A DNA stretch of 64,000 nucleotides, taken from positions 5,640 to 69,639 of the forward strand of contig JAFSGW010000098.1 in the NCBI GenBank assembly GCA_017440585.1. The letters are read 5' to 3'. Made by a program: the position numbers and the translations under genes. Of the stretch, positions 34,974-43,277 are shown piece after piece. The stretch is from Clostridia bacterium. Lineage in GTDB: Bacteria; Bacillota; Clostridia; UMGS1883. Each line of letters begins with the position of its first letter. Positions within the stretch are counted from its first letter, which is position 1. The notes under the pieces were generated by a model. The model searched no databases and was not told the origin of the DNA. It saw only the letters and a program-made list of their open reading frames with translations.

Positions 34974-35085
34974 CTACAGCCCACAACACGGGACAGCGGG
35001 TGAAAAAACATCCGCAGATGTTCTTTTTGAACTCGTCTCCCGGGTTCAAAAAGCAGCCCTGTCCCTGTTCCTTATAAAATGTTGC
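34974..35085 (+). repeat. Structured intercistronic element, copy B (between activase and glycyl-radical enzyme)
   Basis: The 5' end CTACAGCCCAC..GGGACA and the 3' end CTGTCCC-N10-AAAATGTTGC match copy A. The closing stem pairs GGGACAG (34990-34996) with CTGTCCC (35059-35065). It encloses two hairpins: AACATC-CGCA-GATGTT (35007-35022) and TTTTTGAAC-N11-GTTCAAAAA (35024-35052). Confidence 0.5.
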
Positions 35086-35134
35086 GATTACCCAATCAAA
35101 TTAAATTAAAACCCACCAAAGGAGGATTATACAT

Positions 35135-37504
35135 ATGAGAGGTTATACAGAAAGAACAAAAAAGCTCCGTGAAATGAGTGTTTCCACAAACCCTGCCCTT
35201 TCCATTGAGCGTGCGGTTATTATGACCGAGGCTTATCAGAAGTATGAAGGCAGTGTGGACATTCCCGTGCTTCGTGCACTGGCTTTTAAGGAATATATGG
35301 AAAGAAAAACCCTTGTTATAAACGAGGGGGAATTAATCGTTGGTGAAAAGGGTCACGATTTGCAGTGTGCCCCCTCCTTCCCCGAGCTTTGCTGTCACAC
35401 AATTGAAGACATGGAGGTTATGGACAAAAGAGAATTAATCAGCTTTTCCGTAACCGAGGAGGATAAAAAGCTTCAGGCAGAAAAGGTTATTCCCTACTGG
35501 GAAAAACGTTCCATCCGTCACAAGATTATGCAGTCTACCTCACAGGAATGGAAGGACTGCTACGCGGCAGGTATGTTTACAGAATTTATGGAGCAGCGTG
35601 GTCCCGGTCATACAGGTGCAGGCAACATTATCTACAAAAAGGGCTTCAGTGATTTCAAGCGTGACATTGATGCACGTATTGCACGCCTTGACTTTGTAGG
35701 CGACGAAAATGCATACGATAAAAAGGCAGAGCTTGAAGCAATGAAAATTGCCTGCGACGGCATTATTGCCTTCGGCAGACGTTACAGCGAGTATGCTTTA
35801 AAGCTTGCAGAAAATGAAACAGACCCTCAGCGCAAGCAGGATTTGCTCCTTATTGCCGAAAACTGTAAGCAGGTGCCTGAATTTGCACCTAAGACCTTCC
35901 ATCAGGCACTTCAGATGTACTGGTTTGTACACATAGGCGTAACAAGCGAGGTTAACCCCTGGGATGCCTTCACCCCCGGCAGGCTTGACCAGCACCTTAA
36001 CCCCTTCTATCAGAAGGAAGTTCGGGAAGGCACACTTGATTACGACAGAGTACGTGAATTGATGGAGTGCTTCTGGATTAAGTTCAACAATCAGCCTGCT
36101 CCTCCCAAGGTAGGTATCACCTTAAAGGAAAGCGGTACATATACTGACTTCTGTAATCTTAACACAGGCGGTATCACAGAGGACGGTAAGGACGGCGTAA
36201 ACCCCGTAAGCTACATTATCCTTGACACAATGGATGAAATGAAGCTTCTTCAGCCCTCCAGTAATGTTCAGATTTCGAAAAAAACACCCGATGCTTTCCT
36301 TCTCCGTGCATGTGAAATTTCACGTAAGGGATGGGGTCAGCCTGCCTTCTACAACACAGAGGCAATTATTCAGGAGCTTTTAAATGCAGGCAAATCCATT
36401 GAGGATGCACGCCATGGTTGCTCCACGGGCTGTGTTGAAACGGGCTGTTTAGGTAAGGAAAACTACGCTTTAACCGGTTACTTCAACATTCCCAAGGTGC
36501 TGGAAATCACATTAAATAACGGCTTTGACAACTACACCGGCAAGCAGATTGGTTTAAAAACCGGTAACCCCGAGGACTTTGGCAGCTTTGAAGAATTATA
36601 CGATGCATTTCTTAAGCAGATGCACCACTTCCTCGACATTAAGATTGCAGGCAACAACATAATTGAAAAGATTTATGCAAAGTATATGCCCGTGCCCTTC
36701 CTTTCCATCATTATGGAGGACTGTATTGAAAAGGCACAGGACTATAACTGCGGTGGTGCACGCTACAACACCTACTACATTCAGGGCGTTGGTATAGGCA
36801 CAATTACAGACTCTCTCTCTTCCATTTCATACAACGTATTTGACAAGAAGAACTTTACAATGGCAGAGCTTTGCGAGGCTATCAAGGCTGACTTTGTTGG
36901 CTACGACCGCATTTATAACCTTGTATGCAATAAAACACCCAAGTACGGCAACGATGATGACTATGCCGACACAATCATGAAGAGGGTGTTTAACAGCTAC
37001 TGCGACTATATCACGGGCAGACCCACCATCAAGGGCGGTCAGTACCGTATAGATATGCTTCCCACAACCTGCCACGTTTACTTTGGCGAGGTTTGCGGAG
37101 CTACCCCCAACGGAAGACGTGCACAGAAGCCCATGAGCGAGGGCATCTCCCCCGAAAAGGGTGCCGATACAAACGGCCCCACAGCTGTTATCAAGAGCTG
37201 TTCCAAGATGGACCACTTAAAGACGGGCGGTACACTCTTGAACCAGAAGTTCACACCTGCAGTTCTTCAGGGTGAAGATGGTCTTAAGAACCTTGCAGCA
37301 CTTATCCGTGCATACTTTGCCCTTGACGGTCACCACATTCAGTTCAATGTTATTGACCGTGCAACACTTATTGAAGCACAGAAGCACCCCGAGGAATATA
37401 AGGACCTTATCGTTCGTGTTGCAGGCTACAGCGACCACTTCCGTAACCTTTCAAAGGCTTTGCAGGACGAAATTATCAACAGAACGGAGCAATCCTTCTC
37501 CTGA
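35135..37504 (+). CDS. hypD: Glycyl radical enzyme, most like trans-4-hydroxy-L-proline dehydratase
   Basis: 789 aa. It has the glycyl radical motif IVRVAGYSDHF near the C-terminus and the catalytic Cys loop TGCVETG. From memory, it closely resembles the C. difficile HypD sequence along its length (ERTKKLRE..., FTPGRLDQHLNPFY, NNQPAPPKVGITLKES, KYGNDDDYAD). No alignment was run. Confidence 0.8.
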   Translation: MRGYTERTKKLREMSVSTNPALSIERAVIMTEAYQKYEGSVDIPVLRALAFKEYMERKTLVINEGELIVGEKGHDLQCAPSFPELCCHTIEDMEVMDKRELISFSVTEEDKKLQAEKVIPYWEKRSIRHKIMQSTSQEWKDCYAAGMFTEFMEQRGPGHTGAGNIIYKKGFSDFKRDIDARIARLDFVGDENAYDKKAELEAMKIACDGIIAFGRRYSEYALKLAENETDPQRKQDLLLIAENCKQVPEFAPKTFHQALQMYWFVHIGVTSEVNPWDAFTPGRLDQHLNPFYQKEVREGTLDYDRVRELMECFWIKFNNQPAPPKVGITLKESGTYTDFCNLNTGGITEDGKDGVNPVSYIILDTMDEMKLLQPSSNVQISKKTPDAFLLRACEISRKGWGQPAFYNTEAIIQELLNAGKSIEDARHGCSTGCVETGCLGKENYALTGYFNIPKVLEITLNNGFDNYTGKQIGLKTGNPEDFGSFEELYDAFLKQMHHFLDIKIAGNNIIEKIYAKYMPVPFLSIIMEDCIEKAQDYNCGGARYNTYYIQGVGIGTITDSLSSISYNVFDKKNFTMAELCEAIKADFVGYDRIYNLVCNKTPKYGNDDDYADTIMKRVFNSYCDYITGRPTIKGGQYRIDMLPTTCHVYFGEVCGATPNGRRAQKPMSEGISPEKGADTNGPTAVIKSCSKMDHLKTGGTLLNQKFTPAVLQGEDGLKNLAALIRAYFALDGHHIQFNVIDRATLIEAQKHPEEYKDLIVRVAGYSDHFRNLSKALQDEIINRTEQSFS

Positions 37505-37537
37505 TTTGTTCAAAATAACAAATTTGTGAAAATGGTG

Positions 37538-37566
37538 TTGACAAACGTATTTTTTCGGTATACTAT
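37538..37566 (+). promoter_or_regulatory. Sigma-A promoter of the 83-aa gene
   Basis: TTGACA (37538-37543), a 17-nt spacer, then TACTAT (37561-37566), followed by the 5'-UTR hairpin GTAAGGGAAATCCCTTAC. Confidence 0.55.
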
Positions 37567-37627
37567 GTGCGTGTAAGGGAAATCCCTTACAGCAATATAA
37601 ACTCTCGATTATGAGGAGGTTTTAATT

Positions 37628-37879
37628 ATGAGAAAATTTACAGTACATGATCTTGACTTACAGGGTTTCATCCAGGAGCTTAGTAACTGCACAGGCAACG
37701 TATGGATGACAACAGAAGATGGCGATAAGATTAATCTTCAGTCTGCATTCTGCCGTCTTATCGGTCTCAAGAGCATTCTTGAAGGCGGTAAGCTCAGCCA
37801 GGCTACTATTGAATGTGATAATATCGAAGATGAATCCCGTCTTTTCAGATTTAACCTTTACGGTAAGAGTGAAAACTAA
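37628..37879 (+). CDS. Small hypothetical protein (weak HPr-like resemblance)
   Basis: 83 aa with the RBS GAGGAGG upstream and its own promoter and terminator. The segment GDKINLQSAFCRLIGLKSILEGGKLSQATIECDNIEDE loosely recalls the HPr core, but the active-site GxHARPA motif is absent. Confidence 0.5.
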   Translation: MRKFTVHDLDLQGFIQELSNCTGNVWMTTEDGDKINLQSAFCRLIGLKSILEGGKLSQATIECDNIEDESRLFRFNLYGKSEN

Positions 37880-37887
37880 ATAAAATC

Positions 37888-37919
37888 AAAAATCGCACCG
37901 AATTCGGTGCGATTTTTTT
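37888..37919 (+). terminator. Rho-independent terminator
   Basis: Stem ATCGCACCG / CGGTGCGAT with loop AATT, followed by TTTTTTT. Confidence 0.85.
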
Positions 37920-37942
37920 GTTTAAGTGCCAAATTCATAATT

Positions 37943-37975
37943 AAAAAAGAACGCAACTATCCGTTGCGTTCTTTC
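37943..37975 (-). terminator. Rho-independent terminator for the minus-strand SLH gene (downstream of mini-hairpin array 2)
   Basis: Stem AGAACGCAAC / GTTGCGTTCT. The minus strand continues with TTTTTT. Confidence 0.7.
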
Positions 37976-37981
37976 CTTAAC

Positions 37982-38069
37982 TCGCCATCAGGCGAATTTC
38001 ATATGCGTAAGCATATTTCACCGCGAATCGATTTCACAAATCCTCGGGATTGATTTCATTGATTGAAAT
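37982..38069. repeat. Mini-hairpin array 2: short hairpins separated by the conserved 7-nt word ATTTCAT/ATTTCAC
   Basis: The plus strand reads [TCGCC-ATCA-GGCGA] ATTTCAT [ATGC-GTAA-GCAT] ATTTCAC [CGCGAATCG] ATTTCAC [AATCC-TCG-GGATT] G ATTTCAT TGAT TGAAAT. The array starts 9 nt below the stop codon of the SLH gene at 38078. Confidence 0.7.
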
Positions 38070-38077
38070 AATATTTA

Positions 38078-39382
38078 TTATTCCAATCCAAACGCTGCAT
38101 TAAGTGCACTGTGAATCATAACCGCACATTCTGCTCTTGTTGCAGGAAGCGTGGGTTCAAACTTGTTATTCACAGTATCTCTCACAGTTGCAATGCCGTG
38201 AGAAGCAAGCACATTTACTGCTTCAACGTCCCATACGGGGATAGCGGAAGAGTCAGCAAAAACAATTGTTGCGTTGTCCTTCGCCTTGAACTCAGAATTC
38301 ATAGACTTAATGTATCTGTAAACGATAAGGCAAAGATCTGCACGGGTAATGTTTGAAGCGGGGTCAAAAATTGTTTCGCTTCTGCCCTTTATAAAGCCAA
38401 ACTTTAATGCTGCCGATACAAAGGGGTATTCCCAGCTTGCCGCGGGCACATCCCAGAAGAGGCTTGTATAGGTTGCCTTGTCCTTTTCAGCGTATCTGCC
38501 GGAGGCAAGCACAATCATCTTTGCAAATTCAGCTCTTGTAACGGGGTTGTTGGGCTTAAAGGTTTTGTCGGGGTAGCCGTTTATAACGCCCATGTCAACA
38601 AGGGCATAAATAGCCTTTTCTGCCCAGGGAGCCTGGTTTATATCGGAGAAGGTTTTATCAGAGGGTCTTGTGGGAGCCTCTGTTCCCATCTCAACCGTTA
38701 CATCCTCATAATCATCCTCAAAGCCACCGGGGCCACCTGTGTCGGGACGGGTGGGCTTTTCTGTAGGTTCGTCCTTTTCATTTTCTGTGGGAGGAGCTGT
38801 TTCCGCCTCGGTAGGAGCCTCTGTTTCGCCCTCAGTGGGTTCTTCTTTTTCACCCTCTGTGGGAGGAGCTGTAGGCTCATCAGTTGTAGTTTCTTCCTCT
38901 TCTGTTGTAGTTTCCTCTTCCTCGGTTGTTGTTTCTTCCTCTTCCTGACCGTTACCGAAAAGCATAAGCTTTATTGTTTCAACAAGAGGCTCAAATTCGG
39001 GGCTTATAATGCCGTCCATACCGTCAACAACAGCACCGGGGAATGCACCAACAAGGGCATCTCTCACGTCTGTGTTTTTCTTGAGGTTGGTTGCATAAAG
39101 CACAGCATCCATCATGTAGTCCTCAAAATTGTCCTCTGTAATCACATCACCCTGACTGAGCAGGTAAGACTGCATAGACTCAAGGAAAGAAATAATCTGT
39201 CTGTCGGAAACCCTTTGAGGCTGAGCCTTCAGTTCTTCAACAAAATCGGGGTACATGGAGGCACATTCGTAATATGCATCTTCAACATCTAAATTTATAC
39301 CTGCCATTGCAACAGGCATTGTTGTCATCATAACGGCAGCAACCGTTAAAAGGGCAACTATCTTCTTCACTAAAGTTTTCAT
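38078..39382 (-). CDS. SLH-domain cell-surface protein with an acidic E/T/P-rich linker
   Basis: It has a signal peptide (MKTLVKKIVALLTVAAVMMTTMPVAMA) and the linker EEEETTTEEEETTTEEEETTTDEPTAPPTEGEKEEPTEGE. C-terminal SLH repeats follow (FSDINQAPWAEKAIYALVDMGVINGYPDKTFKPNNPVTRAEFA...). I chose the start at 39382 for its RBS. Confidence 0.85.
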   Translation of the reverse strand: MKTLVKKIVALLTVAAVMMTTMPVAMAGINLDVEDAYYECASMYPDFVEELKAQPQRVSDRQIISFLESMQSYLLSQGDVITEDNFEDYMMDAVLYATNLKKNTDVRDALVGAFPGAVVDGMDGIISPEFEPLVETIKLMLFGNGQEEEETTTEEEETTTEEEETTTDEPTAPPTEGEKEEPTEGETEAPTEAETAPPTENEKDEPTEKPTRPDTGGPGGFEDDYEDVTVEMGTEAPTRPSDKTFSDINQAPWAEKAIYALVDMGVINGYPDKTFKPNNPVTRAEFAKMIVLASGRYAEKDKATYTSLFWDVPAASWEYPFVSAALKFGFIKGRSETIFDPASNITRADLCLIVYRYIKSMNSEFKAKDNATIVFADSSAIPVWDVEAVNVLASHGIATVRDTVNNKFEPTLPATRAECAVMIHSALNAAFGLE

Positions 39383-39447
39383 GGTATAATTGTTTCCTTT
39401 CATCGGATAAAAGTATCCGTATATTTCCACACATATAAAACAATCTC

Positions 39448-39475
39448 AAAAGGTTGCAGCAAGCTGCAACCTTTT
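39448..39475. terminator. Terminator after the large SLH gene
   Basis: Palindrome AAAAGGTTGCAGC-AA-GCTGCAACCTTTT. Confidence 0.75.
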
Positions 39476-39497
39476 GATTTATACCTTAATTATGATA

Positions 39498-42400
39498 TTA
39501 TTCAACAATTTCGGGCCAAGCTCTTGCAAGGAGTACGCAAGCTTCAGCTCTTGTTGTGTTCTTGAGAGGCTTGTAGGAGCCGTCTTCATAACCTGTGATA
39601 AGACCGTTAGCTACAGCGGCATCCATTTCGCCGTCGAACCACCAGGAGATATCTTCAGCGTCTGTGAATACGTCCTTAGCACCTTCCTTGGCTTCTGTCC
39701 ATACAGCACTCTTAGCTCTTGCAATGATTGCAACTGCCTGTTCACGAGTAATCAGGTCGTTAGGACCGAAGTTGCCGTCACCGTAACCACGGAGCATTCC
39801 GTAGCCTTCGGGAAGAGACATTGTTGCAATAATGTCTTCTGCCCAGTGACCTACTGTATCGTCATAAAGAACGCCGTCTTCAGCCTTTTCAAGACCAAGA
39901 ATTCTGTAAACAATTGCGGAGAATTCAGCTCTTGTAATGTTCTGGTCGGGCTTGAATGTGCCGTCTTCGTAACCCTTGATGTAACCATTGATTGTCATCT
40001 GGTCGATTGTTTCATGTGCCCAGTGAGCTGCCTTTGTACCTGTTGCAGCAATATCGGGCCACTGACAAACGTGAGGCTTAACTACATCATCTGTGGGCTC
40101 TGTGGGTTCTTCCTTGTCGGAAACGCTGATGCCGCCGGACTTCTTCTTAACTGTTACGTTAACTGTAACTGTTGCACTTGTAGCAACACCGTCAACATAA
40201 AGTGTACCTGTGATAACAACGCCGCTACCTACTGTGATACCCTTAATCTGAAGGATATTGTTGTAGTCGCCGCCTACCTGAACAAGCTCAACTTCACCTT
40301 CAGCGTTTGTAATTGTCCAAACTACTTCAGCCGTGGAGCCTTCAGGAATGTTCTGAGGTGTTGTTGTGATATCAATCTTGCTGCCCTTCTTTACAGTTCT
40401 GTCAGCTACGCCGTCACCGTCTGTATCGCCTGCAAGGCTGAGTGTGGGTTCAAGAACGGGTTCTGCAAGAATTGTGAAGTCGTCTGTATCATAAGCGAGT
40501 TCTGTACCAACTGTTACTGTGTATACATCACCTGCTGCTGCACCATCGGGAACATTAAGTGTGATACCTGCTTCAAATTCAGCCTTTGTATATACAAGTA
40601 CATAAACCTTTTCTTCGCCCTTAACGATAGAAACTGTTACATGGTCAAGGTTTGTTGTACCCTTGATTGTGATTGTGCCGTCAGCTTCAACGTCTGCGAT
40701 ATCTTCAAGAACTACTTCGTAATCTGTAGTATCTGCAAGAATTGTGAAGCTCTTTGTATCGGAAGCGAGCTCTGTACCAACGATTACATCGTATACATCG
40801 CCTGCTGCTGCACCATCGGGAACATTAAGTGTGATACCTGCTTCAAGCTCTTCCTTAGAGTATACAACTGCGTAGATTGTTTCTTCACCGTCACGGATAA
40901 CCACTGTTACATAGTCAAGGTTTGTTGTACCCTTAACTGTGATTGTGCCGTCAGCTTCAACGTCTGCGATATCTTCAAGAACTACTTCGTAATCTGTAGT
41001 ATCTGCAAGAATTGTGAAGCTCTTTGTATCGGAAGCGAGTTCTGTACCAACAATTACTTCGTATACATCGCCAACCTCTGCACCATCGGGAGCAGGAATG
41101 GAAATACCTTCTTCAAGTTCTTCCTTAGAGTATACAACTGCGTAGATTGTTTCTTCGCCGTCACGGATAACTACTGTTACATAGTCAAGGTTTGTTGTAC
41201 CCTTAACAGTGATGATACCGTCTGCTGTTACATCAGCAATGTCATCAAGAACTACCTCGTATTCTGCTGCATCTGCAAGAATTGTGAAGCTCTTTGTATC
41301 GTAAGCTGCTTCTGTACCAACAACTACTTCGTATACATCGCCAACCTCTGCACCATCGGGAGCAGGAATGGAAATGCCTTCTTCAAGCTCTTCCTTGGAG
41401 TATACAACTGCGTAGATTGTTTCTTCGCCATCACGGATAACTACTGTTACATAGTCAAGGTTTGTTGTACCCTTAACTGTGATGATACCGTCTGCTGTTA
41501 CGTCAGCGATATCTTCAAGAACTACTTCGTAGTCTACTGCTTCGCTTTCAGCTGTTACTGTGAAGGAAGTTACATATCTGTAAACGTCTTCAGCATATTC
41601 ATCGAAGGAGTAACCACGGTAAACTGCAACTACTGCTTCACCGTCAGCTTCGTCTGTTACGTCGATGTAGAGCATACCGATGGGGCTGTCGTCAGTGCCG
41701 GAGTTAACCACGAAACCGTCTGCATCGTAGTTGGCATCGAACTGAGCAAGGCTTGTACCGAGCTCGTTGAGCTTTGCGATGGAGGGGTAACGGTCATGTG
41801 CAAAGCCAAGTGTGAGCTCTGTCACTTCGTCACCGTTTATTGCAGCACCGCCAAGTCTTGTCCATTCTTCGCCATCCTTGTAGCGGAGAAGCTCTCTGCC
41901 CATGTAAACGTTCATCTGAACAAGCTCAAGACCGTGATTTTCATCAATTGTATCCATTGCTGTGAAAAGAGCCTCAACTACTGTGCCGATAGCAGCTACT
42001 GCATCAACATCGTATGCATCGCTGACAGCCTGTATAGCATCTGCACAGAAAGGCTGAGAAGCAATGTATTCTGCAACAGCCTTCATTGTTTCATACATGG
42101 ATGTGATTGTTCTTTCGTTGTCACCGCTCATAACGCCTGTGCCGTTTGCACCTGCAACTGCAGCGATGAGCTCTTCCTTGTTAAGAGCCATAAACTCACT
42201 TCTGAGTGTGGGAACAAGGTCGATAGCATATCTTACGAAATCTTCACCAAGAATAAGGAAAGCAGCCTTCACGTCACGGTCAGCAATCATATCGAAAAGA
42301 CCTGTGGAGTTGCCTTCATTAAGCTGGTTTGTAGCAAGCTGCATACCAAGGTCAAATGCATTGAACATGCCGTCTGCGGCAAGCTCAACAACGTCTTCCT

Positions 42401-43031
42401 TAAGTGCTTCTGCAAAACCGTCAGGATAAGCTTCGCCTGCTTCTTCTGCAAGATAAGCATCAACATAAAGAGCTACCTTGTCAGCATTTTCGCCTGCAAG
42501 TACGCCACTTTCTTCAATAAGAGCAAGCTCACCGAAGAATACTGTAAGGTCATCAGCGTAATCGCCAAGACCGTTAAGAGCTGCCATAGGAGCAGACACA
42601 CTGATAGCTTCGTCGTTAGCTTCTTCAAAAGCTGTGAAGCTGTCAAGCCATGCTGTATAGGAAGCATCTTCACTTGTAACATCAAGGTTTTCTTCCATGA
42701 TGTCTCTCATAAGCTTCCACTTATAAAGATCCTTCATTGTTTCATTTGTAAGAACCTTCTCTGTTACGAAACCATCTGCCAGAGCTACTGCCTGTGCCTT
42801 TATAGCATCCTTATTAGCTTCGTAGGATGCCCATACAGAGTCAATAACTGCTGTCTGTTCTTCTGTCATGGAGCCAAACTGATTTGCCTGCCAGTCCCAG
42901 ATTCTGTCTCTGTACAATTCAACCATGTTGTCCATTCTTCCGAAGAGCTCTGCTTCATCAGCTGCGAAAACAGAAACCACGGAAAAACACATTACGATTG
43001 CGAGTACAAGACTCAAAATGCGTTTTTTCAT
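39498..43031 (-). CDS. Large SLH-anchored surface protein with four 90-aa tandem repeats and a Big_2-like domain
   Basis: About 1177 aa from the ATG at 43031 (RBS AAGGAAGG). It has a signal peptide, a helical N-terminal region and 4 near-identical 90-aa repeats (DYEVVLEDIADV.ADG.ITVKGTTNLDYVTVVIRDGEETIYAVVYSKEELE...). An Ig-like segment and C-terminal SLH repeats follow (HWAHETIDQMTINGYIKGYEDGTFKPDQNITRAEFS...). Confidence 0.87.
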   Translation of the reverse strand: MKKRILSLVLAIVMCFSVVSVFAADEAELFGRMDNMVELYRDRIWDWQANQFGSMTEEQTAVIDSVWASYEANKDAIKAQAVALADGFVTEKVLTNETMKDLYKWKLMRDIMEENLDVTSEDASYTAWLDSFTAFEEANDEAISVSAPMAALNGLGDYADDLTVFFGELALIEESGVLAGENADKVALYVDAYLAEEAGEAYPDGFAEALKEDVVELAADGMFNAFDLGMQLATNQLNEGNSTGLFDMIADRDVKAAFLILGEDFVRYAIDLVPTLRSEFMALNKEELIAAVAGANGTGVMSGDNERTITSMYETMKAVAEYIASQPFCADAIQAVSDAYDVDAVAAIGTVVEALFTAMDTIDENHGLELVQMNVYMGRELLRYKDGEEWTRLGGAAINGDEVTELTLGFAHDRYPSIAKLNELGTSLAQFDANYDADGFVVNSGTDDSPIGMLYIDVTDEADGEAVVAVYRGYSFDEYAEDVYRYVTSFTVTAESEAVDYEVVLEDIADVTADGIITVKGTTNLDYVTVVIRDGEETIYAVVYSKEELEEGISIPAPDGAEVGDVYEVVVGTEAAYDTKSFTILADAAEYEVVLDDIADVTADGIITVKGTTNLDYVTVVIRDGEETIYAVVYSKEELEEGISIPAPDGAEVGDVYEVIVGTELASDTKSFTILADTTDYEVVLEDIADVEADGTITVKGTTNLDYVTVVIRDGEETIYAVVYSKEELEAGITLNVPDGAAAGDVYDVIVGTELASDTKSFTILADTTDYEVVLEDIADVEADGTITIKGTTNLDHVTVSIVKGEEKVYVLVYTKAEFEAGITLNVPDGAAAGDVYTVTVGTELAYDTDDFTILAEPVLEPTLSLAGDTDGDGVADRTVKKGSKIDITTTPQNIPEGSTAEVVWTITNAEGEVELVQVGGDYNNILQIKGITVGSGVVITGTLYVDGVATSATVTVNVTVKKKSGGISVSDKEEPTEPTDDVVKPHVCQWPDIAATGTKAAHWAHETIDQMTINGYIKGYEDGTFKPDQNITRAEFSAIVYRILGLEKAEDGVLYDDTVGHWAEDIIATMSLPEGYGMLRGYGDGNFGPNDLITREQAVAIIARAKSAVWTEAKEGAKDVFTDAEDISWWFDGEMDAAVANGLITGYEDGSYKPLKNTTRAEACVLLARAWPEIVE
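40468..41547 (-). repeat. Four tandem 270-bp coding repeats
   Basis: The marker GCAAGAATTGTGAAG recurs at 40466, 40736, 41006 and 41276, an exact 270-bp period. Neighbouring units are identical at most positions by eye. Confidence 0.9.
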
Positions 43032-43277
43032 AAACTGCACCTTCCTTTATTTAAACTAAAATTAAATACAACAACGTATATTTATCGACACTACCCGATA
43101 ATACACATTACCATTGTAACACAACCTATTCTCCATTTCAAGTATTTTATTCAATTTTTTTGAACTTTCTGTGCCTAAATTTGTGCAATTCATGACATTT
43201 TTTTCAATTTGATATTGTTTTTTTCTTATCTGTTTATTATAATATAAACTATATATTTTCGGAAAGGTTTTGATCAC

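Noticed and set aside
38739-38948. 69-aa Ser/Val/Gly-rich plus-strand ORF, and the 60-aa ORF at 38698-38880
   Set aside because: Both are alternative or antisense frames of the E/T/P-rich linker region of the SLH gene and are low-complexity artefacts.
39474-43163. 1229-aa Cys-rich ORF on the plus strand
   Set aside because: It is the codon-aligned antisense frame of the SLH gene 39498-43040. It has a grossly non-protein-like composition (Cys, Val, Phe, Asn), no RBS, and runs through the terminator and promoter regions at both ends. It is a shadow ORF caused by codon bias.
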